A stretch of DNA of 64,000 bases, taken from sequence record SRR31156797_3768; one strand, written 5' to 3'. Each line of letters opens with the position of its first letter. The stretch's first letter is position 1. A program made the translations under genes and the position numbers. The notes below the pieces were generated by a model. The model had not been told where the DNA came from and made no database searches. It was given only the letters and a program-made list of their open reading frames with translations. Below are positions 9,200-21,696 of the stretch, piece by piece.

Positions 9200-9429
9200 T
9201 CGATCCTTTGTGATTGGTTAGCAATTGATTTTTTAACAGGAAAAAAGTATAAGTGGTTTCACGTAATAAGTTACTGTTCATTCGCGCATTCAAACGCCCT
9301 CTCCCCAAACAGCTTACCCTGTCAAGGTGCGTAGGTTTGCCGAATCCCTTTTAAAAAAGGAGCAAACACAACAGCGAGTGATTGCTCTTTTTTTGTTGGT
9401 CAAAAAAACTGCATACGGCATCGCAACAG

Positions 9430-9618
9430 TCAGTTTTGCTTTTTCTTAAACATTGGTTCATTCGGATCAGAATAGTAATCAGGATTGAATTCATCATCGA
9501 TCAATACCCCGAAAAGAGAAACGAGACTGGGAAAAAACCCAATCACGCCGAGGACGACGGCAACTGGAAGGTAGAATTTTTTACGCTTGTACCACGGAAG
9601 TTGCGATTTCTTTTCCAT
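9430..9618 (-). CDS. Small membrane protein (62 aa)
   Basis: PWYKRKKFY basic/aromatic anchor then one TM helix; GAGGA RBS. Confidence 0.6.
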   Translation of the reverse strand: MEKKSQLPWYKRKKFYLPVAVVLGVIGFFPSLVSLFGVLIDDEFNPDYYSDPNEPMFKKKQN

Positions 9619-9802
9619 AGGAAATCCTCATTTCACTTAGTGTAACATGTTCTGAGTTAGGTGTGTTAATAATTACCTTCAATACTTAAAAATATACTAA
9701 AGCGGTGTATTGGTACATCTGATGGGGCAAAAAGTTTCGCTAGGTAAATCTAGGAAAGGGTCGTTTTTTTTGTCATTGCTGCCAGAATCAAGTTTTTATA
9801 TA

Positions 9803-9849
9803 AAAAAGGAACCGAGTAAGAAAGCAATTCTTCTTACTCGGTTCCTTTT
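9803..9849 (-). terminator. Intrinsic terminator after the VOC gene
   Basis: AAAAGGAACCGAGTAAG...CTTACTCGGTTCCTTTT. Confidence 0.85.
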
Positions 9850-10270
9850 AATGAAAATAATCCTTGGCTTGGTCCATCAAGGTTTGAAAGTCTGATTCGT
9901 TTTTTCTTATTGCCTCTGTTAGGGTAAACAAATAACCGTTGGGGTCTTTGATGGTCATTTCAAGGGCATTCCAAGGCTTTTCCATCAAAGGTTCCACGAT
10001 CCACTTTGCGGGAATTTTCTGAGCGATATTCTGAAGATCATTCATCGCTACATTCAAAATTGCCCCATCGCCAACAGTGAACGCTTCTGCTGCAATCAGC
10101 ATCAAATCTTGGTAGTCAGCAAGACGCAGGTGGTCCATCATCACTTGATTTTCTTGATTGCGAAACTGATACAATGACTGGAAACCCAAGATTTCTGTGA
10201 ACCATTTCGATGATTGCACAATATCTTTTGTCTTCATTTGGTAAAACATTGGCATAACATAAACTTTCAT
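9848..10270 (-). CDS. VOC/glyoxalase-bleomycin resistance family protein
   Basis: DIVQSSKWFTEILGF and KPWNALEMTIKDPNGY; GAGGAGG RBS. Confidence 0.85.
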   Translation of the reverse strand: MKVYVMPMFYQMKTKDIVQSSKWFTEILGFQSLYQFRNQENQVMMDHLRLADYQDLMLIAAEAFTVGDGAILNVAMNDLQNIAQKIPAKWIVEPLMEKPWNALEMTIKDPNGYLFTLTEAIRKNESDFQTLMDQAKDYFH

Positions 10271-10292
10271 TTTGACACCTCCTCTTGATTAG

Positions 10293-10323
10293 AGGATACC
10301 GCTTGACGCAGCGTCAAAGTCAA
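10293..10323 (-). promoter_or_regulatory. MerR-type promoter (19-bp spacer containing a palindrome)
   Basis: TTGACT-N19-TATCCT on the minus strand, with TTGACGC-N-GCGTCAA in the spacer. Confidence 0.75.
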
Positions 10324-10373
10324 TAGACATTTTCGTATTGAAGCAAAGCTTGATAATGGCGTTTCTTTGGCAC

Positions 10374-10961
10374 TTAAGTCAAGGAAAAATGGGCAATAAT
10401 TTTTTGACTCACTTCATCAGGTGACAAGTGGGTATTGTTGATTTTCAGCGAAGGAATCGTTGGGAAAAGGGTAGTTAATTCCTGTGGCAGGCTTTCTAAG
10501 CGATAGTTTTCAAACGAAGACAAAAGCTCATTTCTAGAAAAAGCCAGCGCTCTTTTTGACGGCTTTGCGGCTAAACGGTCCTCATGGCAATTGCGCTTTA
10601 AACGTTCCTCAATATCAGCCACTAATTCGATAAAATAGACCTCTTGTCGGGCATCGGTAAATAGCTGGGCGATCTCTTGTAAAAAAGCTAAATCTCCCGC
10701 TTGATCGAAATCAATCAAGACCGTAAAGATGATTGATTTTGTCGTATTATTGGCTTCATTATGAACAAAGGCTTTGAAGAGTTCGATCCGCGTTTGATTA
10801 GACAAAGCAAATGCTGCTGGGCTATAGCCAAGAAAATTCGCAAAAAGATCAATGGTCTGGTGATTGAATAATAGTTTTGCATCCAATCGTTTTTCCAGTT
10901 CTTTCCCCACAGTCATTTTTCCTACCGCTTGCGCGCCAATCAAGACGATCAATGACATCAC
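10374..10961 (-). CDS. P-loop (shikimate/nucleoside kinase-like) protein
   Basis: IVLIGAQAVGKMTVG Walker-A variant; ERLKRN..RLAAKPSKR. Confidence 0.75.
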   Translation of the reverse strand: MMSLIVLIGAQAVGKMTVGKELEKRLDAKLLFNHQTIDLFANFLGYSPAAFALSNQTRIELFKAFVHNEANNTTKSIIFTVLIDFDQAGDLAFLQEIAQLFTDARQEVYFIELVADIEERLKRNCHEDRLAAKPSKRALAFSRNELLSSFENYRLESLPQELTTLFPTIPSLKINNTHLSPDEVSQKIIAHFSLT

Positions 10962-11075
10962 AACACATCCTTTTTATCAATCGTAACAAAGGTGGGCTAT
11001 CGTGTAAATCGGTTCTTAGAAAGAAACGATTGAGAAGCTGGAGTTTTTTATGTGGAAACCAAGGATGCTCTTTTT

Positions 11076-11447
11076 TTAGGTAAAAAGGAATGAGCGAAAT
11101 TTCTCCGAGACAGGAAAAAAGATCATACAGCATAGTAGCACGGTCTGGAACAACAAAATGACTAGTAGATTGATCGTTTCAAATCGTGAATAAAGATAGA
11201 AGTGGATCAGCCATTCGAAGACATTGACAAGGACTAAATAAAGGTAGTGCGCTTTTTTGACCTTGCAGTTTTTCAACCAATAATAGCTTAAGTAATAATC
11301 CAACAAGACCATCAGCAGTAGAAAAAGTTTACTGAAAGCCGTCAGATTGTCATGCTGGGAGGCGAGTTTTTGAAAAAACAACAAAAGTGTGGGAGTGGGA
11401 ATATAAATGATCAATAGGGATAGAAAAAAATAGACAATAAAGGGCAT
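11076..11447 (-). CDS. Hypothetical membrane protein (about 4 TM)
   Basis: Hydrophobic ORF; GGAGG 7 nt before ATG 11447. Confidence 0.6.
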   Translation of the reverse strand: MPFIVYFFLSLLIIYIPTPTLLLFFQKLASQHDNLTAFSKLFLLLMVLLDYYLSYYWLKNCKVKKAHYLYLVLVNVFEWLIHFYLYSRFETINLLVILLFQTVLLCCMIFFPVSEKFRSFLFT

Positions 11448-11705
11448 AGGCATTCCTCCAAGATAGTGATAGAAAAAACATAGATAAATTAGCAAATTTG
11501 ACCGTACTCGTCAATTGGTTTTGTTATCGGAATTTTCGATAATGGATGGTTGGTATTGATTGAAGGAAAAAGGATTATAGGAAAGTCGATGGCTATTGAT
11601 TCAACAAAGCGCTGATAGGGAAGGAATATTTAGGGGACAGGAAAAAAGAAATACTCCCTTTCTTTAATCGAGAAGGGAGCAGAAGGATTGATCCAACGGA
11701 AACCT

Positions 11706-12191
11706 CTAGTTCCATGTTTCGTTGAGCTTATCGGCATAAAACAAAAGCGCCTGATGGTAAGATTGGATATCTGGATCGCTAGAAGTTTCGGCAAGCAGGG
11801 TCAATAGCCGTTTAGTGGCTTGCTCATACTCTGCTAGATTAAACAGTGTCATGGCATAGAAGGTTTGCAAAGCATGATTTTTTGGAAACTGCTTCATCGC
11901 GTGTAAAAACACTTCTTCGGCTTTTTGATACTTGCCGAGGGCACGATAGGTGCTGCCTAGACCTAGGTAGGCATCTGGCAAGTCGTTTTCTGATAACCCT
12001 AACGCGATTGCTTGTTCATAATAAGGAATTGCCTGTTGTTCTTCCCCTAAAAGATCATAGCTCCAAGCCGTTTGGTATTGGACAAAGGCATCTTGGGGAT
12101 TTTCGGCAGCCAATTGAATTAATTGTTCATTTGATTGTTGCAGCTTTTTTTTAGCCCGCAGTTGGATCGCAGCAGCTAGTCGTTCATTCAT
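11706..12191 (-). CDS. Tetratricopeptide-repeat protein
   Basis: AWSYDLLG..AIPYYEQAI, AYLGLGSTYRALG; terminator at 11653-11680; start uncertain. Confidence 0.85.
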   Translation of the reverse strand: MNERLAAAIQLRAKKKLQQSNEQLIQLAAENPQDAFVQYQTAWSYDLLGEEQQAIPYYEQAIALGLSENDLPDAYLGLGSTYRALGKYQKAEEVFLHAMKQFPKNHALQTFYAMTLFNLAEYEQATKRLLTLLAETSSDPDIQSYHQALLFYADKLNETWN

Positions 12192-12245
12192 CCGTTCATC
12201 GCTTCCTTTCATAGGTGAAAATTTTCAGTTAGATAGCGAGTAGAG

Positions 12246-12746
12246 CTAAGAGGAAAGATCAGCCCAGCTTTCACCCGCAAAAGAAAAACCGCATGCTTCA
12301 TATAGTTTGAAGGCTGGTTGATTTTCAACTGTTACTACCAGGTAAAGATGTGTGAGACCCATTGCTTTTGCTCGTCGGATCACTTCACTCATTAACAGCT
12401 TGGATAAGCCGTATCCTTTAAAGGCTGCGTCCATCACGACGAAGAGCAGCAGTGGAAGCTCATGAAAAGTGCTTGTCACGATGGCGCCAATCGGATGGTC
12501 TTCCTTCAGTAATTGAAAAGAAAGTTCTGGAATCAAGGGACCATATTTTCCGTCAGCAGTTTCTCTAAGTTCCTTTTGCCAATCAGCGATCGATTCTCCC
12601 TCATCATCGATGGTTTCATGGTAAGCGGAATAGAAAAGTTTTGCGACACTCAATGAATCTGGGGTAAAGGTGCCAAAAGAAAAACTGGTTTCCTCCTGGC
12701 TGCTGGGGGTATGCTGTATATCACAGGTCATAATGATTCGTTTCAT
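12246..12746 (-). CDS. GNAT acetyltransferase
   Basis: FKGYGLSKLLM motif A; ENQPAFKLYEACGF. Confidence 0.85.
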   Translation of the reverse strand: MKRIIMTCDIQHTPSSQEETSFSFGTFTPDSLSVAKLFYSAYHETIDDEGESIADWQKELRETADGKYGPLIPELSFQLLKEDHPIGAIVTSTFHELPLLLFVVMDAAFKGYGLSKLLMSEVIRRAKAMGLTHLYLVVTVENQPAFKLYEACGFSFAGESWADLSS

Positions 12747-12798
12747 TCGTGGACTCCTCTCTCGTCGTTTTGGCTTAATTTAGCAGAAGGTCACTTTG

Positions 12799-13011
12799 TC
12801 AGTGTTGTTTGTTTCTTATAAAATCCCAAATGACGCGAATTCCTTCGTAGATTGCAGTGAGAACAGCCACAACAAACAATAAAGACATGTAGTGAATCAA
12901 AAAAGCCAGTTGAAACCATAATCCATAGACCATCGGCAGGACGACAAGCAAACAGAGGCCCAATTCGATGTTTCGTTTTCTTCTTATTTGAAACCAGCGT
13001 TCATCTGACAT
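12799..13011 (-). CDS. Small 2-TM hypothetical protein
   Basis: GGAGG RBS; two hydrophobic helices. Confidence 0.6.
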   Translation of the reverse strand: MSDERWFQIRRKRNIELGLCLLVVLPMVYGLWFQLAFLIHYMSLLFVVAVLTAIYEGIRVIWDFIRNKQH

Positions 13012-13199
13012 CAGTTGTTTCCTCCCATATTTGTTTTAATCGATCATTTTATAAAAGAAAAATCAGAAAACATTCGATATTTTGCGCAAAATTGCTAGAA
13101 ATTATCTGAATGTTTTGGTAATATTTGATAGAAAGCAAGATATAAAAGACGTTACTGTATAGTTTGACTTATTTTTTTTAGAAAGGCAAGGGGTTGAAG

Positions 13200-13346
13200 A
13201 TGGAAAGAAAGCCGATGTATTTAAAAAATGGATTTCCTTTAACCATGGAACCAGGAAAAATTTATACGTGTCTTTATCGAGGCAGTTACTTTATTTGCGA
13301 AGAAAAAGGTCAGCCACTGCCATCAACAATGAGAGGAAGTAAATGA
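13200..13346 (+). CDS. Possible unannotated 48-aa ORF (MERKPMYLKNGFPLTMEPGKIYTCLYRGSYFICEEKGQPLPSTMRGSK)
   Basis: ATG-TGA translated by hand; AAGGGG RBS-like element. Confidence 0.4.
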   Translation: MERKPMYLKNGFPLTMEPGKIYTCLYRGSYFICEEKGQPLPSTMRGSK

Positions 13347-13661
13347 GGAAATGTTTCATTTAAGATTTGTCAGGGATCGAACGGGTTGTTGGAATTGTTA
13401 TCTCCTTTTTGGTACCAATCAAATGATGTCTAGCATTTTCAAAAAATCTCAACGTTCTTCATTCAGACCATTCTAAGGCTTAAATTGATTTTGACCGATT
13501 TCAATTTAGTAAGAACAATCCGATCACTGACAAATGTTAGGTGAAAAGTCCCCAAGAGACTGAACGAATAGTAATGGTTATTCGGACAGCCAAGAGCAGT
13601 GGAATTACGAGCGAACATACAATAGTAGAAATCGTCTTTTTCTCATAAAAAACGATTCTAC

Positions 13662-13690
13662 TTGAAGGAAACATTTTTTTTTGCTATAAT
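13662..13690 (+). promoter_or_regulatory. SigmaA promoter of the ntp operon
   Basis: TTGAAG-N17-TATAAT with TG extension. Confidence 0.75.
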
Positions 13691-13718
13691 AGTTCAGGAA
13701 TTGAAAAATAAAATAGAC

Positions 13719-13776
13719 AAAGGTTGAGCATTTTTTATGCTTCAAGGATCAGGTTTGCCAAGGGGTGAGGCAAACA
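13719..13776 (+). ncRNA. Na+-sensing riboswitch (DUF1646 / Na+-I motif)
   Basis: GGTTGAGC...GCTTCAAGGATCAGGTTTGCC-AAGGGGTGA-GGCAAAC; two hairpins with CAGG and GGGTG cores, recognised from memory of the motif; in the 5' UTR of the Na+ V-ATPase operon. Confidence 0.75.
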
Positions 13777-13841
13777 TTCTTGGAGGAATGCTGGCCTTTT
13801 TTTTGTTATCAGCATACTTCTTCGTGAGGTATGCTTTTTTT
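13768..13841 (+). terminator. Two tandem leader terminators (riboswitch expression platform)
   Basis: T1 AGGC..CATTC/GAATG..GCCT plus U8; T2 AGCATACTTC/GAGGTATGCT plus U6. Confidence 0.75.
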
Positions 13842-13887
13842 GTTTATTTTTCAGTTGAGAATATAAATCACTATGGGAGGGAAATCG

Positions 13888-14197
13888 ATGAGAGAAGCTT
13901 TGACTCGTTTACGAGAAGCAGAAGAAGCCAATGAACAGCAATTGCTCGCTTTGAAAAAAGAACTGCAGTCGGAAGAAGCGCAGCAGCAACAAGCATTGCA
14001 AGAGCGGGCTTCCGCTTTGGAAGAAGCCCTTGCTCAGGAACAAGCAACAGTCGAAGACCAGTTGCAACAGTCACTAGAAGCACAAAAGCAGCAGCTGGCA
14101 AAAGAGACCCAGCAAGTGTTAGATCGTTACCAAAAAAATATGCAAAGCTTCCAAGAGCAAGCGGTTCAACAGATCGTTGAAGGAGTGATCGGAACTT

Positions 14198-14220
<23 letters not shown>
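13888..14220 (+). CDS. ntpF: V-type Na+-ATPase peripheral stalk subunit (NtpF)
   Basis: Glu/Gln coiled coil; first gene of the operon; GGGAGG RBS. Confidence 0.75.
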
Positions 14221-16626
<2,406 letters not shown>

Positions 16627-16639
16627 AGGGGGCGAAGGT

Positions 16640-17224
16640 ATGGACGCAATCGACAAAATGATTGCTGAACTAGACCAAGAAGCGCAGACAAAACGGGAAC
16701 GTTTGGCTGCCGCTGAACGTGCTAGGATCAGTGAAACGATGGCACGTGACTGGGCGAAAAAAGAGTCGGACTTGCAGCTTCGTGCCCAGCAAGCAAAAAA
16801 GCAAGCCGAAAAACATTATCAGCAAGCCCTGAATCGCCAAGCAAGTGCCGCTAAGCAGCATCAAATGGTGAAACAAAACGAATACCTGACACAACTTTTT
16901 GAGCAAGCGTATCAAAAAATGGTTGCCTGGACGCCAGAAGAGCTGCAGTCATTTGCTGAAAATGTGCTGCAGCAGTTGCCGATCAGTGGGACGGTGACCT
17001 TCCACGCTGGTCCTGAGCAAGCAGCCCATCTAGATGCCGCTTGGCTTACGTCTTGTCAATCAAAACTACCGTATCAAATCAAAGCAGGCGCACCATTGAC
17101 AGAAGCGGGCTTTTTGGTAGATGACAACGGCATTCAATACAATTTTACCTATCAGGTACTGCTTGATGAATACAAGAAAGAAACCCGGGAACGGTGGTTG
17201 CAGATCATACAACAAGGAGGTTGA
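16640..17224 (+). CDS. ntpE: V-type ATPase subunit E
   Basis: Operon position; MDAIDK start; AGFLVDDNGIQYNF. Confidence 0.85.
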   Translation: MDAIDKMIAELDQEAQTKRERLAAAERARISETMARDWAKKESDLQLRAQQAKKQAEKHYQQALNRQASAAKQHQMVKQNEYLTQLFEQAYQKMVAWTPEELQSFAENVLQQLPISGTVTFHAGPEQAAHLDAAWLTSCQSKLPYQIKAGAPLTEAGFLVDDNGIQYNFTYQVLLDEYKKETRERWLQIIQQGG

Positions 17225-17227
17225 TCC

Positions 17228-18214
17228 ATGAGGAACTATCATCAATTGAATCCAATCATTCGGCTGAAAGAGATGACGTTGTTAAAGTCGCAAGAAGTCG
17301 AGCAAATGATTGCGGCAAAAGGGCTTGCTGAAGTCGAAGCTGTCTTGCAGCAGACCCATTATCAACGCTATTTGAAGCCAGATTTTCATGAACGATTCGA
17401 AACCTATCTCGATGAAGAATTGTTAAAGACGATCAAAGAATTGGCCGAGCTGGTTCCTGATCAAGAGATCCTCCGACTGTATATGATGCCTTTTACTTTC
17501 CATAATCTAAAAGTCTTGACCAAAGAGTCAGTCACTAAAAAAGATTATAATCATCTACTGATCGAAGATGGTTTTTACACGATCGATGAGTGTCGGACCG
17601 CCATCAAAACGGGAACCTCAGAGGTATTGCCTGAGAAAATCGTGACTACGATCCAAGAGGTGCGGGAGTACTTAGAAGGCGGCGCCGTGCTGCAAGGCAT
17701 CGATATCATTTACGATCGCCGGTATTTACATGAACAACGGCGACTGGCAGATGAAATCAAGATCCCTGAGCTACAAGAAGCTGTCATCAAGATGATCGAT
17801 CTGACCAATATGACGATCGCCGCTCGTTGTGTACTTCAAAAACGATCGCGCAGTTTTATGGAGGCAGTCCTAGTGAGTGTCGGCAGTATCCCGAAAGAAG
17901 AATTTTTAGCGTTTGCGGATGCGTCCTATAGCGACTTTTTAGCCTTCTTATTAGAAAGTGATTATCAGGAAGTATTGCGGCCTTTGATTCATGAACAGGT
18001 GATCGACTTTGCTGGCTTGGCACTCTTACAAGACAATTTGATCACAGAAAGCTATGGTCAAGCTCAAACGGATGCTTTAGGACCACTGCCTTTACTCGCA
18101 TTTTTGAATGCTAAGGTTTTGGAACTGCAAAATCTGCGTATCTTGCTGGTAGGCAAACGCAGCGGCTTTACGGAAGAACAAATCAGAGAAAGGATGCGGC
18201 ACTATGACTCATAA
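17228..18214 (+). CDS. ntpC: V-type ATPase subunit C (d)
   Basis: YHQLNPIIR, FHNLKV, GPLPLLAFL, IRERMR. Confidence 0.9.
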   Translation: MRNYHQLNPIIRLKEMTLLKSQEVEQMIAAKGLAEVEAVLQQTHYQRYLKPDFHERFETYLDEELLKTIKELAELVPDQEILRLYMMPFTFHNLKVLTKESVTKKDYNHLLIEDGFYTIDECRTAIKTGTSEVLPEKIVTTIQEVREYLEGGAVLQGIDIIYDRRYLHEQRRLADEIKIPELQEAVIKMIDLTNMTIAARCVLQKRSRSFMEAVLVSVGSIPKEEFLAFADASYSDFLAFLLESDYQEVLRPLIHEQVIDFAGLALLQDNLITESYGQAQTDALGPLPLLAFLNAKVLELQNLRILLVGKRSGFTEEQIRERMRHYDS

Positions 18215-18512
18215 AATCGGCGTGATCGGCGAGAAAGAATCCGTCATTCCTTTTCAACTATTTGGCTTTCAGGTCTGCTATGCCTCGGAAGAAAAAGAAG
18301 TGAAGCAGGCGCTGGCAAAATTAATGAAGAACAGTACGATCATCTACCTGACTGAAAAATGTGCCGAGCTGATTCCCGATGAATTAGCAAAAGTCCAACA
18401 AAAAATGACACCTGCAGTCATCTTGATTCCTGATTACGATGGTTCCCGAGGAATCGGCAAACGAATGATTCAAGAAAATGTCGAAAAAGCAGTTGGGCAA
18501 AACATACTATAG
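18204..18512 (+). CDS. ntpG: V-type ATPase subunit F (NtpG)
   Basis: KIGVIG, ENVEKAVGQNIL. Confidence 0.9.
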   Translation: MTHKIGVIGEKESVIPFQLFGFQVCYASEEKEVKQALAKLMKNSTIIYLTEKCAELIPDELAKVQQKMTPAVILIPDYDGSRGIGKRMIQENVEKAVGQNIL

Positions 18513-18527
18513 AGAGGAGCCGATGTT

Positions 18528-20315
18528 GTGGAAAAAGGAACAATTATTAAAGTATCCGGTCCATTGGTGTTAGCCAAAAATATGGGCCATGCAAGTTTAG
18601 AAGATATCTGTTATGTAGGAGATTTAGGCGTGGTCGGTGAGATCATCGAAATGCGCGGCGACGTCGCTTCGATCCAAGTCTATGAAGAAACGTCCGGGAT
18701 CGGACCTGGTGAACCAGTCGAAACCACCGGTGAACCGCTATCCGTAGAATTGGCGCCTGGGATCATGTCACAAATGTTTGATGGCATCCAACGTCCCTTA
18801 GAAACCTTCATGTCTGTCACCCAAAGTAACTTCTTGACGCGTGGGGTGCAATTGCCTGCGTTGGATCATGAGAAAAAGTGGCCTTTTGTACCGACCGTGG
18901 AAGTCGGCGCGGCAGTCAGTACCGGGATGGTCATCGGCACCGTGCAAGAAACACCGTTGATCAATCACAAGATCATGGTTCCTCATGGCGTTTCAGGAAC
19001 AGTCAAGGCTGTTTATGCGGGGGAATTTACGATCGATGAAACGATTTATGTTTTAGATACACCCAAAGGAGAACGGTCTTTCACGATGCTGCAAAAATGG
19101 CCCGTTCGTCATAGTCGTCCTGTAAAGCAAAAACTGAATCCAGTCGAACCAATGATTACTGGCCAGCGAGTGATCGACACCTTCTTTCCAATCGCTAAAG
19201 GCGGGGCGTCAGCCGTTCCAGGACCTTTTGGTGCAGGGAAGACTGTCGTTCAGCACCAAATCGCCAAATGGGCGGATGTCGACCTAGTCGTCTATGTCGG
19301 CTGCGGCGAACGCGGCAATGAAATGACCGATGTAATGAACGAGTTCCCAGAGTTGATCGACCCTCGCAGTGGTGAATCTTTAATGGCGAGAACCGTGTTG
19401 ATCGCTAACACCTCCAATATGCCGGTAGCCGCTCGGGAAGCGTCGATTTATACTGGGATCACGATTGCGGAATACTTCCGAGACATGGGGTATTCCGTGG
19501 CGATCATGGCGGATTCCACCTCACGTTGGGCAGAAGCACTGCGGGAAATGTCTGGTCGTCTGGAAGAAATGCCCGGGGATGAAGGGTATCCGGCTTACTT
19601 AGGCAGCCGCTTGGCAGAGTATTATGAGCGTTCTGGAAAAGCGATTTGCTTAGGTTCTGATCAAGAAGGCAGCATCACTGCCATCAGCGCTGTTTCACCA
19701 TCAGGCGGTGATATTTCAGAACCAGTTACCCAAAATACGTTGCGGGTCGTTAAAGTCTTTTGGGGCTTAGATGCCACCTTAGCGCAAAAGCGTCATTTTC
19801 CATCGATCGATTGGTTGAAGAGCTATTCTTTATACGAAAACGAATTGGGTGCCTTTTTGGACCAACAAATGCAAGTAGATTGGTCCAAACAAGTAACAGA
19901 AGCCATGCGGATGCTGCAAAAAGAATCTGAGTTGTCAGAGATCGTTCGACTTGTCGGCATCGACGCTTTATCCGAAAAAGATCAGTTATTGCTGGAAACC
20001 ACCAAGTCTTTGCGAGAAGATTTCTTGCAGCAAAACGCTTTTGACGACGTTGATACGTTTACCTCTCGTGAAAAGCAGTTCAAAATGCTGGAAACGATCT
20101 TGCTGCTCCACAAAGAAGCGGAAGATGCGTTGACACTAGGTGCGTATCTTTCAGAAATCTATGCAGGGACCGAAGAATTGCGAGACAAAGTGGCACGTAT
20201 GAAGTACCTGCCTGAAGCAGAATTAGCAAAAATTCCTGCTTTGCATCAAGAGATCAAAGCAACGATGAAAGAAATTTTACAGAAAGGAGACCGCACCGAT
20301 GATCAAGGAATATAA
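18528..20315 (+). CDS. ntpA: V-type ATPase catalytic subunit A
   Basis: [28 protein letters not shown]. Confidence 0.97.
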   Translation: MEKGTIIKVSGPLVLAKNMGHASLEDICYVGDLGVVGEIIEMRGDVASIQVYEETSGIGPGEPVETTGEPLSVELAPGIMSQMFDGIQRPLETFMSVTQSNFLTRGVQLPALDHEKKWPFVPTVEVGAAVSTGMVIGTVQETPLINHKIMVPHGVSGTVKAVYAGEFTIDETIYVLDTPKGERSFTMLQKWPVRHSRPVKQKLNPVEPMITGQRVIDTFFPIAKGGASAVPGPFGAGKTVVQHQIAKWADVDLVVYVGCGERGNEMTDVMNEFPELIDPRSGESLMARTVLIANTSNMPVAAREASIYTGITIAEYFRDMGYSVAIMADSTSRWAEALREMSGRLEEMPGDEGYPAYLGSRLAEYYERSGKAICLGSDQEGSITAISAVSPSGGDISEPVTQNTLRVVKVFWGLDATLAQKRHFPSIDWLKSYSLYENELGAFLDQQMQVDWSKQVTEAMRMLQKESELSEIVRLVGIDALSEKDQLLLETTKSLREDFLQQNAFDDVDTFTSREKQFKMLETILLLHKEAEDALTLGAYLSEIYAGTEELRDKVARMKYLPEAELAKIPALHQEIKATMKEILQKGDRTDDQGI

Positions 20316-21696
20316 AACGATTGGAGAAGTCGTCGGACCATTGATGGCCGTCGATCGCGTCTCCGGTGTCAAATACGAAGAGTTGATCGAAGTCCGCATG
20401 CAAAACGGCGAAACGCGGCAAGGACAAGTACTGGAGATCCAAGAAGACAAAGCGTTGGTCCAAATTTTTGAAGGAACCGGCGGGATCAATTTGCGGGAAT
20501 CTGCGGTGCGTTTCTTAGGACATCCTTTGGAATTAGGCGTTTCCGAGCAAATGATCGGGCGAGTCTTTGACGGTTTAGGTCGGGTCAAAGATGGCGGAGT
20601 AGAGATCGTCCCAGAAAAATTTATGGACATCAACGGCGAAGTGATCAATCCAGCAGCGCGGGATTATCCTGATGAGTTTATTCAAACGGGGATCTCATCG
20701 ATCGACCACTTGAATACGCTCGTTCGGGGACAAAAGCTGCCGATTTTTTCTGGTTCTGGTCTGCCTCATAAAGAATTGGCTTCGCAAATTGCGCGTCAAG
20801 CACAAGTGTTGAACTCGGAAGACGATTTCGCTGTTGTGTTTGCTGGCATCGGGATCACCTTTGAAGAAGCAGAATATTTCATGGAAGATTTTCGTCAAAC
20901 TGGCGCCATCGACCATTCTGTCGTCTTTATGAATCTAGCCAATGATCCAGCGATCGAGCGGATCGCTACTCCCCGAATGGCACTGACGGCAGCCGAATAC
21001 TTGGCTTATGAAAAGGGCATGCATGTCTTGGTGATCATGACGGATATGACCAACTACTGTGAAGCTTTGCGGGAGATCTCCTCTGCTCGTCGTGAAGTGC
21101 CAGGACGTCGCGGCTATCCTGGGTATCTATATACCAATCTATCCACGTTATATGAACGTGCTGGACGGATTCGCGGCTTGAAAGGCTCAGTAACCCAGCT
21201 GCCGATTTTGACCATGCCAGAAGATGACAAAACCCATCCGATTCCCGATTTGACCGGCTATATCACCGAAGGACAAATCATCTTGTCTCGTGATTTGTAT
21301 AAAAACGGCATCCAGCCGCCCATCGATGTCTTGCCGTCATTGTCACGGTTAAAAGATAAAGGGACCGGCGAAGGCAAGACACGTAAAGACCATGCCGCAA
21401 CGATGAACCAGTTGTTTTCTGCGTATGCTCAAGGAAAGCAAGCCAAGGAATTGGCAGTCGTTTTAGGAGAATCGGCATTGTCGGAAGTAGATAAAACCTA
21501 TGCCAAATTTGCAGAACGCTTCGAAAATGAATATTTGAACCAAGGGTACCGCACCAACCGTTCGATTATCGAAACCTTGGAATTAGGGTGGGACTTGTTG
21601 GCGATGCTGCCAAAAGTCGAACTGAAGCGGATCAGCGATGCCTTACTGGCGGAATACTTACCGGGAGAGGAGAACAATGGCGCAAAAAAACGTTAA
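20299..21696 (+). CDS. ntpB: V-type ATPase subunit B
   Basis: [25 protein letters not shown]. Confidence 0.97.
   Translation: MIKEYKTIGEVVGPLMAVDRVSGVKYEELIEVRMQNGETRQGQVLEIQEDKALVQIFEGTGGINLRESAVRFLGHPLELGVSEQMIGRVFDGLGRVKDGGVEIVPEKFMDINGEVINPAARDYPDEFIQTGISSIDHLNTLVRGQKLPIFSGSGLPHKELASQIARQAQVLNSEDDFAVVFAGIGITFEEAEYFMEDFRQTGAIDHSVVFMNLANDPAIERIATPRMALTAAEYLAYEKGMHVLVIMTDMTNYCEALREISSARREVPGRRGYPGYLYTNLSTLYERAGRIRGLKGSVTQLPILTMPEDDKTHPIPDLTGYITEGQIILSRDLYKNGIQPPIDVLPSLSRLKDKGTGEGKTRKDHAATMNQLFSAYAQGKQAKELAVVLGESALSEVDKTYAKFAERFENEYLNQGYRTNRSIIETLELGWDLLAMLPKVELKRISDALLAEYLPGEENNGAKKR

Noticed and set aside
9300-9345. GGCAAACC on the minus strand suggesting a c-di-GMP-I riboswitch
   Set aside because: Lacks GCAAAGC and the tetraloop-receptor hairpin
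9371-9393. ACAGCGAGTG..CTCTTTTT shared with 57193-57211
   Set aside because: Short match in different contexts; compatible with chance
9430-13011. Run of small co-oriented accessory genes as an integron-like cassette array
   Set aside because: No repeated intergenic motif and no integrase seen
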